Shown one piece after another: positions 10,901-20,700 of a stretch of DNA of 64,000 nt. The DNA is taken from contig DAOWGI010000024.1 in NCBI GenBank assembly GCA_030637655.1, positions 16,029 through 80,028 of the forward strand, read 5' to 3'. The stretch comes from a candidate division FCPU426 bacterium. Lineage in GTDB: Bacteria; Oederibacteriota; JAAXVQ01; JAUVAV01. Position numbers and translations under genes: made by a program. The notes beneath the pieces were generated by a model that saw only the letters and a program-made list of their open reading frames with translations, did no database searches and was not told the DNA's origin. Every line of letters begins with the position of its first letter. Position 1 is the first letter of the stretch.

Positions 10901-12380
10901 TTTGCGCATTTTGTCTAAAATTTTCAGGAATACTTTGAACGATCGCCTGGTTTGCCGCACCTAAACGAGTGCTCTGTAATTGTGTAATTCCATTTTGAAT
11001 TTCCGTACCACCAGCAGTTTGACTTCCTGTGAGTTGTTCACTGTATGAATTAGGCTGCTCTCTTAATCCTGTTCTTATCTGCACAGAAGTGGTCTGTTCT
11101 TGAGTCTCCGGTTCTGGATCTTGTTCTTCATTTTCCTGAACTTCTTCAGTAGGTGATTGAGCGCGAGACGCTACTTGCTGTGGCCTTGCTTGAGATGGTG
11201 GTGGAGGTACATTCGGTATGTTCGTACCTATCTGCCTGAGCATTTCCTGTTCAATGACCTCTTGCCAGGCAGCTACATTCTCATCACTAAAGGGAGCAAT
11301 ATCCTCCACTCGGGTTGGATTATTAGCAGCCCAGGGTACCATCCCTCTTAAGTCTGGTCGAAGTAAAACTCCATTAGGATCACGCTCTGCGGATGCAGCA
11401 CGTTCTAATAGCACTCGATATATTCTTAATAATATTCTCGCAATGGTGCCTAGTGTTATCGGGCGATTATTTAATCGAGTAAAATCTTGATGTAATTCAG
11501 CTGCATGTTGAATTAATATATGAGGATTAGGATCAAGGCGGCCATAAAATGTTTCCAGAATCCGCGCATCAGTCAAATCCAGTAGCTGCTCACGTTGTCT
11601 TTGTTCATCAGTTGTACGCTGTATGCAAGGATTCGATTTATTCTGTGTTTGTTGGACCACGTGCGTTAATTCATGCGCCATGAGCTTTTTACCTGTAATT
11701 GTCTCAGGTTGGTATTGGTTTTTCCCAAAATAAATATGATTCCCTAAGGTAAACGCTTTGGCATTAAGGTGATCAGAATAGTGGGCGGCTTCTTCATTGT
11801 AATGGATTCTGACATGATTCAAATCCTGCCCAAAGCGCGGTTCAAAATAGTTTCTAGCGAATATCGATAATGGTTCTCCGGATTGTCTTAGATTAATTGA
11901 AGAACCTTGGTTGGATGTTGCTCCTACGGGAAATGTTTTTTCTCTTTTCTCCAACTCTTCGTTCTCTTCCTCTATTTCTGTTTCTTGGTTTTCGCGCGAG
12001 GGTGCTCCGGCAACTGTCTTAGTTATGACATTGCTGTTGCTTTGTCTAGTGGGTTTAGCCGGTGTTTGTGTTTTTGACTCAGATGGTGTGTTGGTTTCTT
12101 GCTTCGTAGTCTCTTGAGGCTGTGTAGGTGTGCTGACGACTTGCGCAGCAACCTGATCTGCTTCTTTTTCTAATTGGTCATCTTCTTTCACAACTTGATA
12201 CGATTCATCTTGGGATTTGCACCTGGGACAAAGTCCATCACACAAACACATGTCTTGGTCTAAAACAGGTTCACCACTGCTTAGTGGCAGACTGGCTGGC
12301 AATGGTAAGTGAACCCCGGTATGTGTGGTTTTTTGTGTGGTTTGGTGCGTATTTGGTTTCTTGAATACTTGTTTCACCAT
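7992..12380 (-). CDS. DUF4157 (eCIS core) domain protein, putative polymorphic toxin, ~1460 aa
   Basis: CxCxGxCPRC, EKEADQVA, FEPRFGQDLNHVRIH...AKAFTLGNHIYF...LMAHELTHVVQQ; start moved to ATG 12380 because the upstream ORF extension overlaps the intron remnant. Confidence 0.85.
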   Translation of the reverse strand: MVKQVFKKPNTHQTTQKTTHTGVHLPLPASLPLSSGEPVLDQDMCLCDGLCPRCKSQDESYQVVKEDDQLEKEADQVAAQVVSTPTQPQETTKQETNTPSESKTQTPAKPTRQSNSNVITKTVAGAPSRENQETEIEEENEELEKREKTFPVGATSNQGSSINLRQSGEPLSIFARNYFEPRFGQDLNHVRIHYNEEAAHYSDHLNAKAFTLGNHIYFGKNQYQPETITGKKLMAHELTHVVQQTQNKSNPCIQRTTDEQRQREQLLDLTDARILETFYGRLDPNPHILIQHAAELHQDFTRLNNRPITLGTIARILLRIYRVLLERAASAERDPNGVLLRPDLRGMVPWAANNPTRVEDIAPFSDENVAAWQEVIEQEMLRQIGTNIPNVPPPPSQARPQQVASRAQSPTEEVQENEEQDPEPETQEQTTSVQIRTGLREQPNSYSEQLTGSQTAGGTEIQNGITQLQSTRLGAANQAIVQSIPENFRQNAQMISEIAPDTSLLSVTGLVFYISGRRCYILDRSGHISGDTFYFDLEWTRDLRPGTYFLANYSAGSSSIRILSRINGANGVSVAWTHSGTPAEGDVSAGESTLDIRVRNRREFDNVISSVLGRNGGIGVIVSQHAQRPLDLPTSLLGVNLSRVREAWGHAFDRDLMYWALRTKLNDVWTNIWSELGQAVRDAVIEAIIHRIPGGNGYMLMFQGLQLTAWLGRVTSIAGFGTRDEMRIASQYIARSVVNFCIDEFLLEGSISVVGQVGSRSLRINTDTNYRRMERAMEENRTVLGDDRPGGRWSDIIGVYEPETETPEGFIPEPNQEISESSYPAPTPLPRLPSVRPQQAARANRETQDTPSPDTPSPMDSANTEARIAEEEEVMDEHSSTPGTAQPSSTPSLENPPVSSRAAEESDNPDLDAEPSATPTSENQEFRGLGYAGGRLRYSGESDAFMGSWRGRAFYHRPPTDPHADPLDPARMQIHAPSGGRRNPAEERENADQIEPEPPQRRSANRPSPQRHLPGTLTPEMLSHPSIGTPPIGSNLAAPTPDAPETSTPQLELVEPSPNATITPSEAAEENNLFPPLSTFEEQELSPPALDHIRHIFNVARILNDDGTPLQGQTRSRERMIEYFTALSDLRDTIPPNLRDYEIRIIREALELADQRLEIEQDISDSARTRGQELAELERSHREDSQNPPDREFSQTAAYTTWNERWRSRGIQLSRALQQIDQHIDNLADRAILSWLNRPRHSRRFREGSRAVMEASAAHAGDVVDTDADVNDWSTTTQFDTDPDSDYFVNMHLPPASNNELIDSNIIRRPTEDEHGNLWFPMEGTDNWRVNLSVSGHRHITRELLVNLTHYLRIDTRFQALIDRSRNTLEGRISGSYVIVDNQGHLVPRNPPPFPRYAENIEFVVTQVRAQDEECPIRENIDWIFVPALNLWALRDRTAPEGEVLEYVTPDGEMIQPDREEE

Positions 12381-12409
12381 GCTTCCCCACTTTTTATCAA
12401 AGTGACTGA

Positions 12410-13302
12410 GGTGCGTCGACCAAAGGAACTTCCCCTTTAGACGCTCGCAGAACGACGCGGGATCCTCTCGAATCACACCGCTCCCAGTAACACACCTTAA
12501 ACACTTTCCAATATTCAAATAAAGTCGGATTTGCCTGGAAAACTCGTCTCAACCAATCGTACGCTCTTTTCTGGTGTAGCTTGAGGCTTTTGTACTTGCG
12601 CCTTGCCTACTTAACTAATCTTAAATTAAAATAGTTTGCAAGTCCAATCATTTCAGTAATGTAAAATTTACCATAATACTGAATCCAGCCTCTGATTACA
12701 GCGTTGTACTTTTCAGCCAGTCCCAGCAAGCTTGTTTCCGAATGCAAGTGTAGTTTTCATTTTATTTTCACTTGTTTTCGCGTTGCTTTAAGGGCTGTTT
12801 TGCTGACTGCCGGTTCAAAACTGTTGAATATCTGCTTGGTGTATTGATTCAGTGCCGGCCGGCTTCGAAAAGTATATCCCAAAAAGTCAAACTCCTGAAT
12901 GGTATATTCCTCTCTCCGCTTGGAATCTCTGCAATATACAATCTTTGTTTTCTCGGGATGTAGTTCCAAACCACATTCTTTAAATCTCTGATCCAGTGAA
13001 CTGCGTAATGACTGAACCTCACTATGCGATTTGCAGTGAACCAATCCATCATCCGCATACCGGCACCCGGGATTTTCTTTGTGCTTGGTTCCCATCCATT
13101 TGTCGAAAACATAGTACAAAAAGAGATTGCTCAATACCGGCGAAACTACTCCGCCTTGCGGTGCGCCCTTTTCCCTTGCCTTTGTTCTACCATCCGGCAT
13201 CACCCTGGGAGCTCCCAGCCACCTTGCAATGTAAAGTATTCTCCATTTACATTGGGTGTGATGTTCTACGGCCTTTAGTAGCAGGTCATGACGGATATTC
13301 TC
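12410..13302 (-). pseudogene. ltrA: Group II intron 3' half: frameshifted RT/maturase (class D-like) plus domains V-VI
   Basis: NIRHDLLLKAV...PQGGVVSPVLSNLFL, RYADDGLVHC, FDFLGYTF, IRGWIQYYG; domain V-like GAGCGGTGTGATTCGAGAGG...GTTCTGCGAG at ~12445-12483. Confidence 0.88.
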
Positions 13303-13329
13303 GATCTTACACGCAAGGAATACCTAACA

Positions 13330-13780
13330 TTCTTTGGCCTCCATCCTTCTTCGGGATTGCGCTGGACGTCATCATAAAATGGCTCATAGCTATTATTCGA
13401 ATCCGGTTGTGGTGAAGCACGGGTTCTATCCAGGGCAGATTCAGACCAGAGATTAAGCTGCTTAAGTATCTTTGCTACGACTTCGCTGTCATCCGGCAAA
13501 ACTATTATTTTCATCTCTCCACCACAACCAGGAGAGATGAGCGGATCTACTTCCCAGATTTTCTTGATCAACTCCGCCATTTTTTTGAGGAAACTTTCGG
13601 CGCTTGGTAACTCGATATGTCTATAATCCCTATTTCGGTTTTCTGCAATCCGGGAGCAACTTCCTGTTTTTGTTGCCGGGCTCGTATTCCCCGCGATTTG
13701 TTGCTGTACCAGCCATAATATCTCACCAGCTGAAATCCTTTTTCCGGTATATGCTGGGTTATCGCGCCTATGTCCCTCAC
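13330..13780 (-). pseudogene. IS91-family (Y2) transposase C-terminal remnant
   Basis: QHIPEKGFQLVRYYGWYSNKSRG, then after a frameshift ELIKKIWEVDPL..PGCGGEMKII. Confidence 0.8.
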
Positions 13781-13849
13781 AGGTTAGCTGTTTAGTGAAT
13801 GTTGGAAAAGAAACTGTGAAAGGCAAATGTTTGTTCGAACATTCGAACT

Positions 13850-13997
13850 CCGGCACCGGCACCTAACTTTTTTCTCTCGTTCAACATACTCACTGCTTCA
13901 ATCTTGAATTCCCTTGCATATCTTCCTCTTTTTTTCATCGGACACCTCCATGTTTTATTGTCTCATTTTTAGGTGTCTGTCAAACCAGGATGGTCCA
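13850..13997 (-). mobile_element. IS3-family left end and OrfA N-terminal remnant
   Basis: TGGACCATCCTGGTTTGACAGACACC end, GGAGG RBS, MKKRGRYAREFKIEAV. Confidence 0.7.
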
Positions 13998-14091
13998 CTC
14001 TGACCCCGTTCACTCTGTTCACGTTTATCATCATAGGCGACACCTTCTACAGTTTCCGGATTGAAAACAAGATGTGTTTTTTGATTTACGC

Positions 14092-14120
14092 TTGCACACT
14101 ATATGTTAAAGCGGTATAAT
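14092..14120 (+). promoter_or_regulatory. Sigma70-type promoter of higBA
   Basis: TTGCAC-17 nt-TATAAT, 5 nt before the ATG. Confidence 0.6.
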
Positions 14121-14125
14121 TAATC

Positions 14126-14419
14126 ATGATAATTAATATCAAAAATGAAACTACTAAAGATATTTTTAACGGTCTAAATACCAAGTCCGCGCGCAAAATC
14201 CCTCGTATTGTTTGGGGTATTGCACAACGGAAACTTGATATGATTAATTCGGCCAATGAATTAATTGATTTGAAGTCACCACCAGGTAATAGGCTAGAGC
14301 CGTTGAAAGGAAACTTATCCGGTTTTCATAGCATCCGAATCAATGACCAATACCGGGTTATCTTTAAATTTTCAGGTGCCAATGCTTCGGATATTAAAAT
14401 AACAGATTATCACAAGTGA
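14126..14419 (+). CDS. higB: HigB/RelE-family toxin
   Basis: DLKSPPGNRLEPLKG..HSIRINDQYRVIF. Confidence 0.92.
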   Translation: MIINIKNETTKDIFNGLNTKSARKIPRIVWGIAQRKLDMINSANELIDLKSPPGNRLEPLKGNLSGFHSIRINDQYRVIFKFSGANASDIKITDYHK

Positions 14420-14420
14420 G

Positions 14421-14705
14421 GTGATTAACATGATTCCTACACATCGTCAACCAACTCATCCTGGCGAAATTCTTGCAGAAGAGTTTCTTAAACCTATGGG
14501 TATTTCGCAGGTTGAGTTTGCAAAAAACATAGGCGTGCCTATTCAAAGAGTAAATACGCTCATTAAGGGCAAGCGTGGTATAAGCGCGGAAACCGCCGTG
14601 CTTATTTCAAGCAATCTGAACACTACGCCTGAATTCTGGATGAATCTGCAAACAGCTTATGACTTGTATGCTGCCATGATAAAATTAGACAAGCTGGCCG
14701 CCTAA
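14421..14705 (+). CDS. higA: HigA antitoxin
   Basis: PTHPGEILAEEFL, HTH, FWMNLQTAYDL. Confidence 0.92.
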   Translation: MINMIPTHRQPTHPGEILAEEFLKPMGISQVEFAKNIGVPIQRVNTLIKGKRGISAETAVLISSNLNTTPEFWMNLQTAYDLYAAMIKLDKLAA

Positions 14706-14733
14706 GTTGATTTAATCCGTGGACAGTAGAAAA

Positions 14734-14895
14734 GGAAGGCTGTTGATAGCCGAGCCTAAAGGCCGCGTTTCGGAAATTGATTTTGAGAAGTCCCTTGCCC
14801 TGGCTGAAAAAAGCGGCTTTAAAGTGATGGAACGTCCCCTGATTGGCCGAAGTCATGCTGCCCTATTGGAAAAACACGCTCCGCTTAACGACTAA
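14734..14895 (+). pseudogene. C-terminal remnant of a class I SAM methyltransferase-like gene
   Basis: Manual translation GRLLIAEPKGRVSEIDFEKSLALAEKSGFKVMERP; no start codon or N-terminus. Confidence 0.5.
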
Positions 14896-14921
14896 ATATC
14901 CTGTAATTAATCATTTTCCAA

Positions 14922-17339
14922 TTAACTCAAGGTCCCGTATCGTTTATCCAAGACAGAACCCATGGTTGCCACTTCATATACCCGGCAGGGTTGGTCAATT
15001 CCTTTTAACATTACCGGTTCGGTATTTTCGCGAATAATGGTTCGGCGTTGGATTTTACGGTCTTCATAAGCATAGAGTTTCTCTTTTTTAAATTCAGCAT
15101 CACTGACAAACAAGGGCGTAACATCCATTTCCTGTTTAATTTGTTCGAACATTTCTTCTGTTATCACAATACCCCGATTATATAATTTCTTATCCCAGGT
15201 ATAGGTGTTGAAAAAAAAGGGTTGCGACAAATGCGAATCAATATAATTCTTTACCTGATCCGAAGATCCGGACAAGCGTGCGGCTTGAGTAAGTTGTGGA
15301 GAAATAACAATCGGAATTTTCTCCGTATCTTTATCTCTCTCATCTCCGACCAAAGCAAAAAATAATTCTCCATTGGTCAAGGCCACACCCACATCCACAC
15401 GCGGCATGGAATGGACTGCGGCAATATTGGCCAATATTTTTTTAAGCACATCTTCATGAATGGTCTCGTTCTCCACCCGGGAAAGTTCCATCAGAAAATC
15501 CTCCGCCTTTTTCGTCAGGCAACCCGGTTTCAAGGCTGTGATCCCCTGTTTGAGCTTGGCCGGATGACGAAGATCCAGTCCTAATCCGGACGCGGCCTGG
15601 TATATTTCTTTGGCCTCTCGCAAATGCTCTTCACTCGATATTTTACAGAGTTTGTTGAATTGGGCAGTAATCTCAAAAGAAGCCCGGATCGCGTCTGCCG
15701 CTTTTTCATAATAAGCAGCATAACCATCTCCGGCAAAATAGATCCGCTTGCCTTGAAATTTCAAAGCTGAACTATTGACCGCGGTCAGATACGGAGTCAA
15801 GTACGAGGCTGTATCTTTGGTTAATTTCATGGTAGTTTCCGTGGAATTACGCAGATCGGCAAAAAGAAAAACTACCCGTCCGCGCCGTTGCTGTTGCTGG
15901 GGATAGATTTCGCCGGAACTACGTAAAAGAAATAAATTGCCCTCAGCAAAATTGTTCTTGATTTCAGCCTGGCATTTATCCAAAACATTCATCAGCAAAA
16001 GCCGCTCACGGCTGTTTTTAGCCTGGTGATTGTACCTAAGGTTCTGTATTCGCCAAATGCGAATCCCCTGCCAATTGATGGCCCGGTTGGAATCCCGGCC
16101 ATAGCGGGAGCGTACCTGGTTAAAATCTTCCGAATATGCGAGTAAATTTCCAAACCGCTTCAGGACATCCTCAAATTCATAATCCTGATCACGTTTGGAC
16201 AATCCCCCAAACAGTTTTCTCCGGCTGCGCTTAATCATTTTAATCCCAGCTTGCGCTACTTGCATGACCTGTTCCCTGGCCGGAGTGGCTTTCTTTTTAA
16301 GTACTTTGAAAAATCGCCGCTGTACGGCCGGTTTGGTAAAGATTTCTTCCATTTGACGTTCATTGTAAACATAGGGCAGAATATCGTCCGCGTGTGCGGT
16401 GGTGCGCAAATATTCGCGCAGCACATGACGTAAACGCAGGCGTACATTCTCAAACACAATTTTAGCGCGTAATTCCCGGTCGCGACGCAAGGCGCGGGTC
16501 ATGCGCTTCCGGTCTTTGTGTGTTTCCATAATTTCTTTTAAGGCTGCCGGATTGGCAAGCACACGCTTGAGATTATGTGTCTCCCACACTTTACTTGTAC
16601 TTAACACTGTATTAAAGAGTGATATAAGCTGACTGCGCAGCTGATGTGAAATTTGGTGGGGATTGGGACCGGCCAGCACTTCCTCTACCATGCCAATGTC
16701 GGCAATGTCGATAAATCCGAGAACAAAGGGATTCAGCAAACGCCGGCAACCTTCATCCAGCACAGTGGTTCCCAGTTCCTTCCCTCGAACCTGTGACAGG
16801 GCCGCGCTCTCTTCGATGGTCATAAAGACCAGACACAAAACACGTCCCAGTGTGTAGCGCGCCCGGGTGGCCAATTTTCCCAATTGTTCCAGCTGTTTTT
16901 CAAAATATTCGGATATCATTTCCGCGATAATGGTCGTAATGGCCAGCGAAACATAGTAATTCAGGCGATGGATTCCGGCAGACGGTTCCTGGACAATCGC
17001 ATTCATCCGAAGCCGGCGATAGGCTTTGGCCAAGTCAATCACCTCGTGCTTAATCCAAGCTTGAAAGTTTTTCAAACTCAATAGCGGAGTCTCGCACCAT
17101 TGATCAAAAAAAATGTCCGCTAATTCCGAATGCCAGGCCTTGAAAACCAACAACTCGCCACCCGTATCATCAACAAACACATCCTCCTGACTGGATTGCC
17201 ATTCAGCAAATATGAGATCGGATTTAGGAGAGCGCTCTTGGATGATTTCAGCAAACCGATTGATGACGCGAAAAATCATGATTTCAAAATCAATGTCTTT
17301 ATCCTGGGCAGGCAAAAACGCGACCTGTTGAAAACGCAT
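14922..17339 (-). CDS. Large protein with a C-terminal divergent class III nucleotide cyclase domain
   Basis: FLFADLRNST, YFAGDG, VGVALTNG, QAARL and LKGIDQPCRVYEV; start could be 17423. Confidence 0.7.
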   Translation of the reverse strand: MRFQQVAFLPAQDKDIDFEIMIFRVINRFAEIIQERSPKSDLIFAEWQSSQEDVFVDDTGGELLVFKAWHSELADIFFDQWCETPLLSLKNFQAWIKHEVIDLAKAYRRLRMNAIVQEPSAGIHRLNYYVSLAITTIIAEMISEYFEKQLEQLGKLATRARYTLGRVLCLVFMTIEESAALSQVRGKELGTTVLDEGCRRLLNPFVLGFIDIADIGMVEEVLAGPNPHQISHQLRSQLISLFNTVLSTSKVWETHNLKRVLANPAALKEIMETHKDRKRMTRALRRDRELRAKIVFENVRLRLRHVLREYLRTTAHADDILPYVYNERQMEEIFTKPAVQRRFFKVLKKKATPAREQVMQVAQAGIKMIKRSRRKLFGGLSKRDQDYEFEDVLKRFGNLLAYSEDFNQVRSRYGRDSNRAINWQGIRIWRIQNLRYNHQAKNSRERLLLMNVLDKCQAEIKNNFAEGNLFLLRSSGEIYPQQQQRRGRVVFLFADLRNSTETTMKLTKDTASYLTPYLTAVNSSALKFQGKRIYFAGDGYAAYYEKAADAIRASFEITAQFNKLCKISSEEHLREAKEIYQAASGLGLDLRHPAKLKQGITALKPGCLTKKAEDFLMELSRVENETIHEDVLKKILANIAAVHSMPRVDVGVALTNGELFFALVGDERDKDTEKIPIVISPQLTQAARLSGSSDQVKNYIDSHLSQPFFFNTYTWDKKLYNRGIVITEEMFEQIKQEMDVTPLFVSDAEFKKEKLYAYEDRKIQRRTIIRENTEPVMLKGIDQPCRVYEVATMGSVLDKRYGTLS

Positions 17340-17498
17340 TTTGCCCCCATAATTTATTTCCGAAGGTTTATGATCAAAGAAAAAGCAGTCGCTGCGTTTT
17401 GGCAGCACTTTTTTTGTGCGCATCGAAAGTAATCCTTTCTGCTTTTATCTCCAGGAATTTGTCGGACTTATCCTGCAATTGGGTTATAATAACACAAG

Positions 17499-17700
17499 TC
17501 TCCCCTTTTGGAAAAGGGGGATGAAGAGGATTTTACAACTACAACACCTTGGCTGAACTATAACCACGGCCTCAAGCACTCTCAATCACTCAGAAATAAT
17601 ATGACCCCGGCCGAAATACATCTCCGTCGGCGATTGAAAAGCAAATAACTTTGTGGTTTGCCTTTTTCCATCAAAAAATCATCGGCCATTATATGGTATT
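17499..17700 (+). pseudogene. DUF559 endonuclease remnant with upstream hairpin
   Basis: LRNNMTPAEIHL...LCGL..HQKIIGHY with a stop and frameshifts; CCCCTTTTGGAAAAGGGG hairpin. Confidence 0.6.
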
Positions 17701-17741
17701 TTCCGGTGCCTGGCACCATTCCACTTCTTTGGTTTATTAAA

Positions 17742-20700
17742 TCACCAATCAGGACCTTTGCCAGAATACGTAATTACCAGTAAAATGTCCTCAATAATGT
17801 TATCTGCAAACAACTTCTTTACATAAGCAGTGTTCGGCAGTTCCAGGGTCCAGGTGCCGGCCGGAGCTTTGCCTTGCAAAGCCAGCCAGGGAGAACCATT
17901 GCCGTGACGCGTGCTGATCAGCTTATCAACCCAGGCTGCCTCGCCGCCCAGTTCTGTTGGCGCCGCCGGATCATTGGGCAGGAATTTCAGGGTGGCGGTA
18001 AAAGGCGCCAAGTCTTCTTTTTGACTGCTAAGATAGAGCAGCACCTGTTTAATACCCAGTTGGGATAAATTGACCGGGAAATCATCCCATGATGTTTTGA
18101 AGGATACTGACATAGGATACTCGGATTGGCCGGGATTATGCAGATCAAACCACTGATCGGCAAATTGGTGCCTGAAACTAAAAGCCCGGTCACCGTCTGT
18201 AGTAGTCGGCAAGGAGTCAATGACCAGCTGGCGATAATCCGGGCTGTCCAAGGCAGTATAGTCAATCGTGATCAGCACGTCGGCAATGCTTTTAAAATCA
18301 AAATGATTGGCAGCTCTGGGCATTTTAAATTCCCATAAAGTATCCACGCCCATACCCTCAAAGGGGAGGAGCATATCAGAGGGTGTCTGCAATTCAAAAA
18401 CACCGGTCGCATTCATCGGTGAGGTTAAAGCCACTGACTCAGGAGCACGGTAGGCGGTAATTGTTTGGAAAAGACCGTTATTATTAGTAACCAGGTTGGA
18501 AACACCCACAGTAGAGAGTGTGGCTTTGATGCCCTGGATTGGCGGTATCAGGGCAATGACTGAGGTCCGTACCTGCTTGATCATTCTGAGGTAATGACCC
18601 GGGAAATCCCTCTCAAATAATTCCAGGGGAGTGCCAAAAATAATAACGCCTGTCTCGCGGAATCTCTGGAACTCATAAGGAGCCAGGCCGGCCAGAGATA
18701 TGGTCTTGCTGAGCTGGAGTTTGCGCTTCTCAGTTTCAAATTTGTATTGATCAAGTTTATAAAGATCAGTCAGAAGCCTGGCAGAACCTGTCAGACCATG
18801 CCTGTCAACAGTATCCTCAGAAGCTTTGCTGCTTGCCATGTTTTCAGGAGCTGCCACCCAGTAATCGTTTTGTATAAAAGTGGGAGCCTGCTCCTGCCGC
18901 TCAAAAGCCAGCTGGTTTTGCGCCATTCGGGCGGTAGCTGTTGCCTGCTGCAGGAAGTAGCTATAGACGTTTTCCAAGACCTTAAGCATCCAGCGGTACA
19001 GTTCGATATTGGTCTCTTTGCTCCGGAGAAATTCGATAATTTCCTCAACCTGTTTAGCCTGGATCTCGGATATTTTTTTCTCCTGTCCAACGATTTTTAC
19101 ATTATCTTCGGAAATCTTAACTTGCTGCTTGCCAATAACTTTGGCATTGCCAGCTAATTGGAGCTGCAGCGTCCATTCCTGCTCGCGGCGTTCATGAGCA
19201 GCATAGAAAGAAGCTATCTGGCCGGCGGTTTCTACGGAGAGTTTTTTATCAGTCAGATACGCCTGTAGTGCTGCCGCCGTTGATACAATACCAGCACTGC
19301 CCACAGCTGCGGCAACACCAACTGTGGCAGTGGCAGCAATGGTTATAGCCACTGCTGCTTCTTTAGAAGCTTGAACTTGAGCGATCATACGCCGGTAAAT
19401 CAGGGCCTCAGTATAAGTTCTAAGCAATTTCTGCTCCCAAGCATTGATGCCTTGCGCCAGCCAGGCCTGATATGTGGTTTCCTGTATATCAGCGCTTTCC
19501 AGCTGCGCCATTGCCAGGTATACCTCATCATTGGCTTTTTTGAGACGCAGATTCTGAAGTTTTACACCGGCCCTGGCCAGCTCAGCATCCTGCCGGGCTT
19601 TGAGCAGGTTGTACTTCTCCTGCTCGTATTTTTCCAGAGCCGCCAGCATGGCATTCTCTATCTGTTGAGCTATGCTTACTAATTCCTTGGTACGCGCCAG
19701 CAGAAATTCGTATCTATAGGGGATGGGCGGAGGAACAATACGCGTGGCCAGGTTCATAGTGCCTCCGGAACCAATGGAAGGCAGGGCGCTTAAAATATCA
19801 ATCGGCGCCGCGTAATCAGAGAGTTCGCGCTTCATGCCCGCAATATTCCGGCAGTTCCTCAGTTTATATAAATTAATCTCAGCCTGAAATCCCAGCAGAT
19901 CAATCAGAGGGTTTTTAGGGATGCAGAATGAATACGACTGCATACTATTAAAAACCCCGAAAAACGGGAAATAGGCGGGGGATAGTTCTGCTTCTGGCAT
20001 ATTGTTGTTCAAATAACCCGTTTGGCAGATCTTTTGGTAGAGCGGGGACAGGTCAGGCTGGGAAACAGTTAGTACCTCCTTAATCGAAGCGGGCTTGTTT
20101 TCTTTATGTTCACGAACCAGGTTATTGACAGCCGCTATAGTCTGATCCTTGCTTTTCGCTGCGTCTATTATTCTTTTCGCTTCCTTGAGTACCGCCGGGC
20201 TGTTAGCCTGCTTAAGCTTGTCGATAATAGTCTGCGCTTCTGAAGATGCGAAATCGCGTTTTAGTGCCAGCTCAAGATAGCCTATGATTTGTTCACAGAC
20301 CTTTTGACCATAATTCAATACATCGGATTTCAGGAGTCGTTCCGCGGTTTCATACATCATCCTGGCTCTGGGCAAACTCTCCACTGTGTCATACGTGAAT
20401 TCAGCATCAGCATAATCCAGAATACACTGGATGATCATAATCAGAATATTGCGCGAATAGGTATTCCGGCGCGCTGAGGCGATTCCATGGCAGTTAAGCG
20501 GATCTTGCAGCCATTCTTCCGGACGGTTAAACCCCTTAGCCGTATCTTCTTCCAATTTAAGACCATGGTAAATTTTTCTCTCTCCTGCTGCTGCTTCGTA
20601 ATTGTAAATAGTCCGGTACCAGGTCAGAGCTGCCTGGTATTCGTGATTTCTTTGCAGCTGGAGTGCAAAACTCAAAGGCAGATAATAAAAAGCTTCTTTA

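Noticed and set aside
12381-12518. N-terminal extension of the 1508-aa ORF
   Set aside because: It overlaps intron domains V-VI and the RT tail; ATG 12380 is the more plausible start
12757-13203. RT as a retron, DGR or defence RT acting on the toxin genes
   Set aside because: Its motifs and the downstream domain V-VI sequence are group II intron-type; it is truncated and frameshifted, and no template/variable repeat pair was seen
13275-13862. 195-aa ORF as a real gene
   Set aside because: Chimeric read-through across IS remnants; only part matches an IS91 transposase frame
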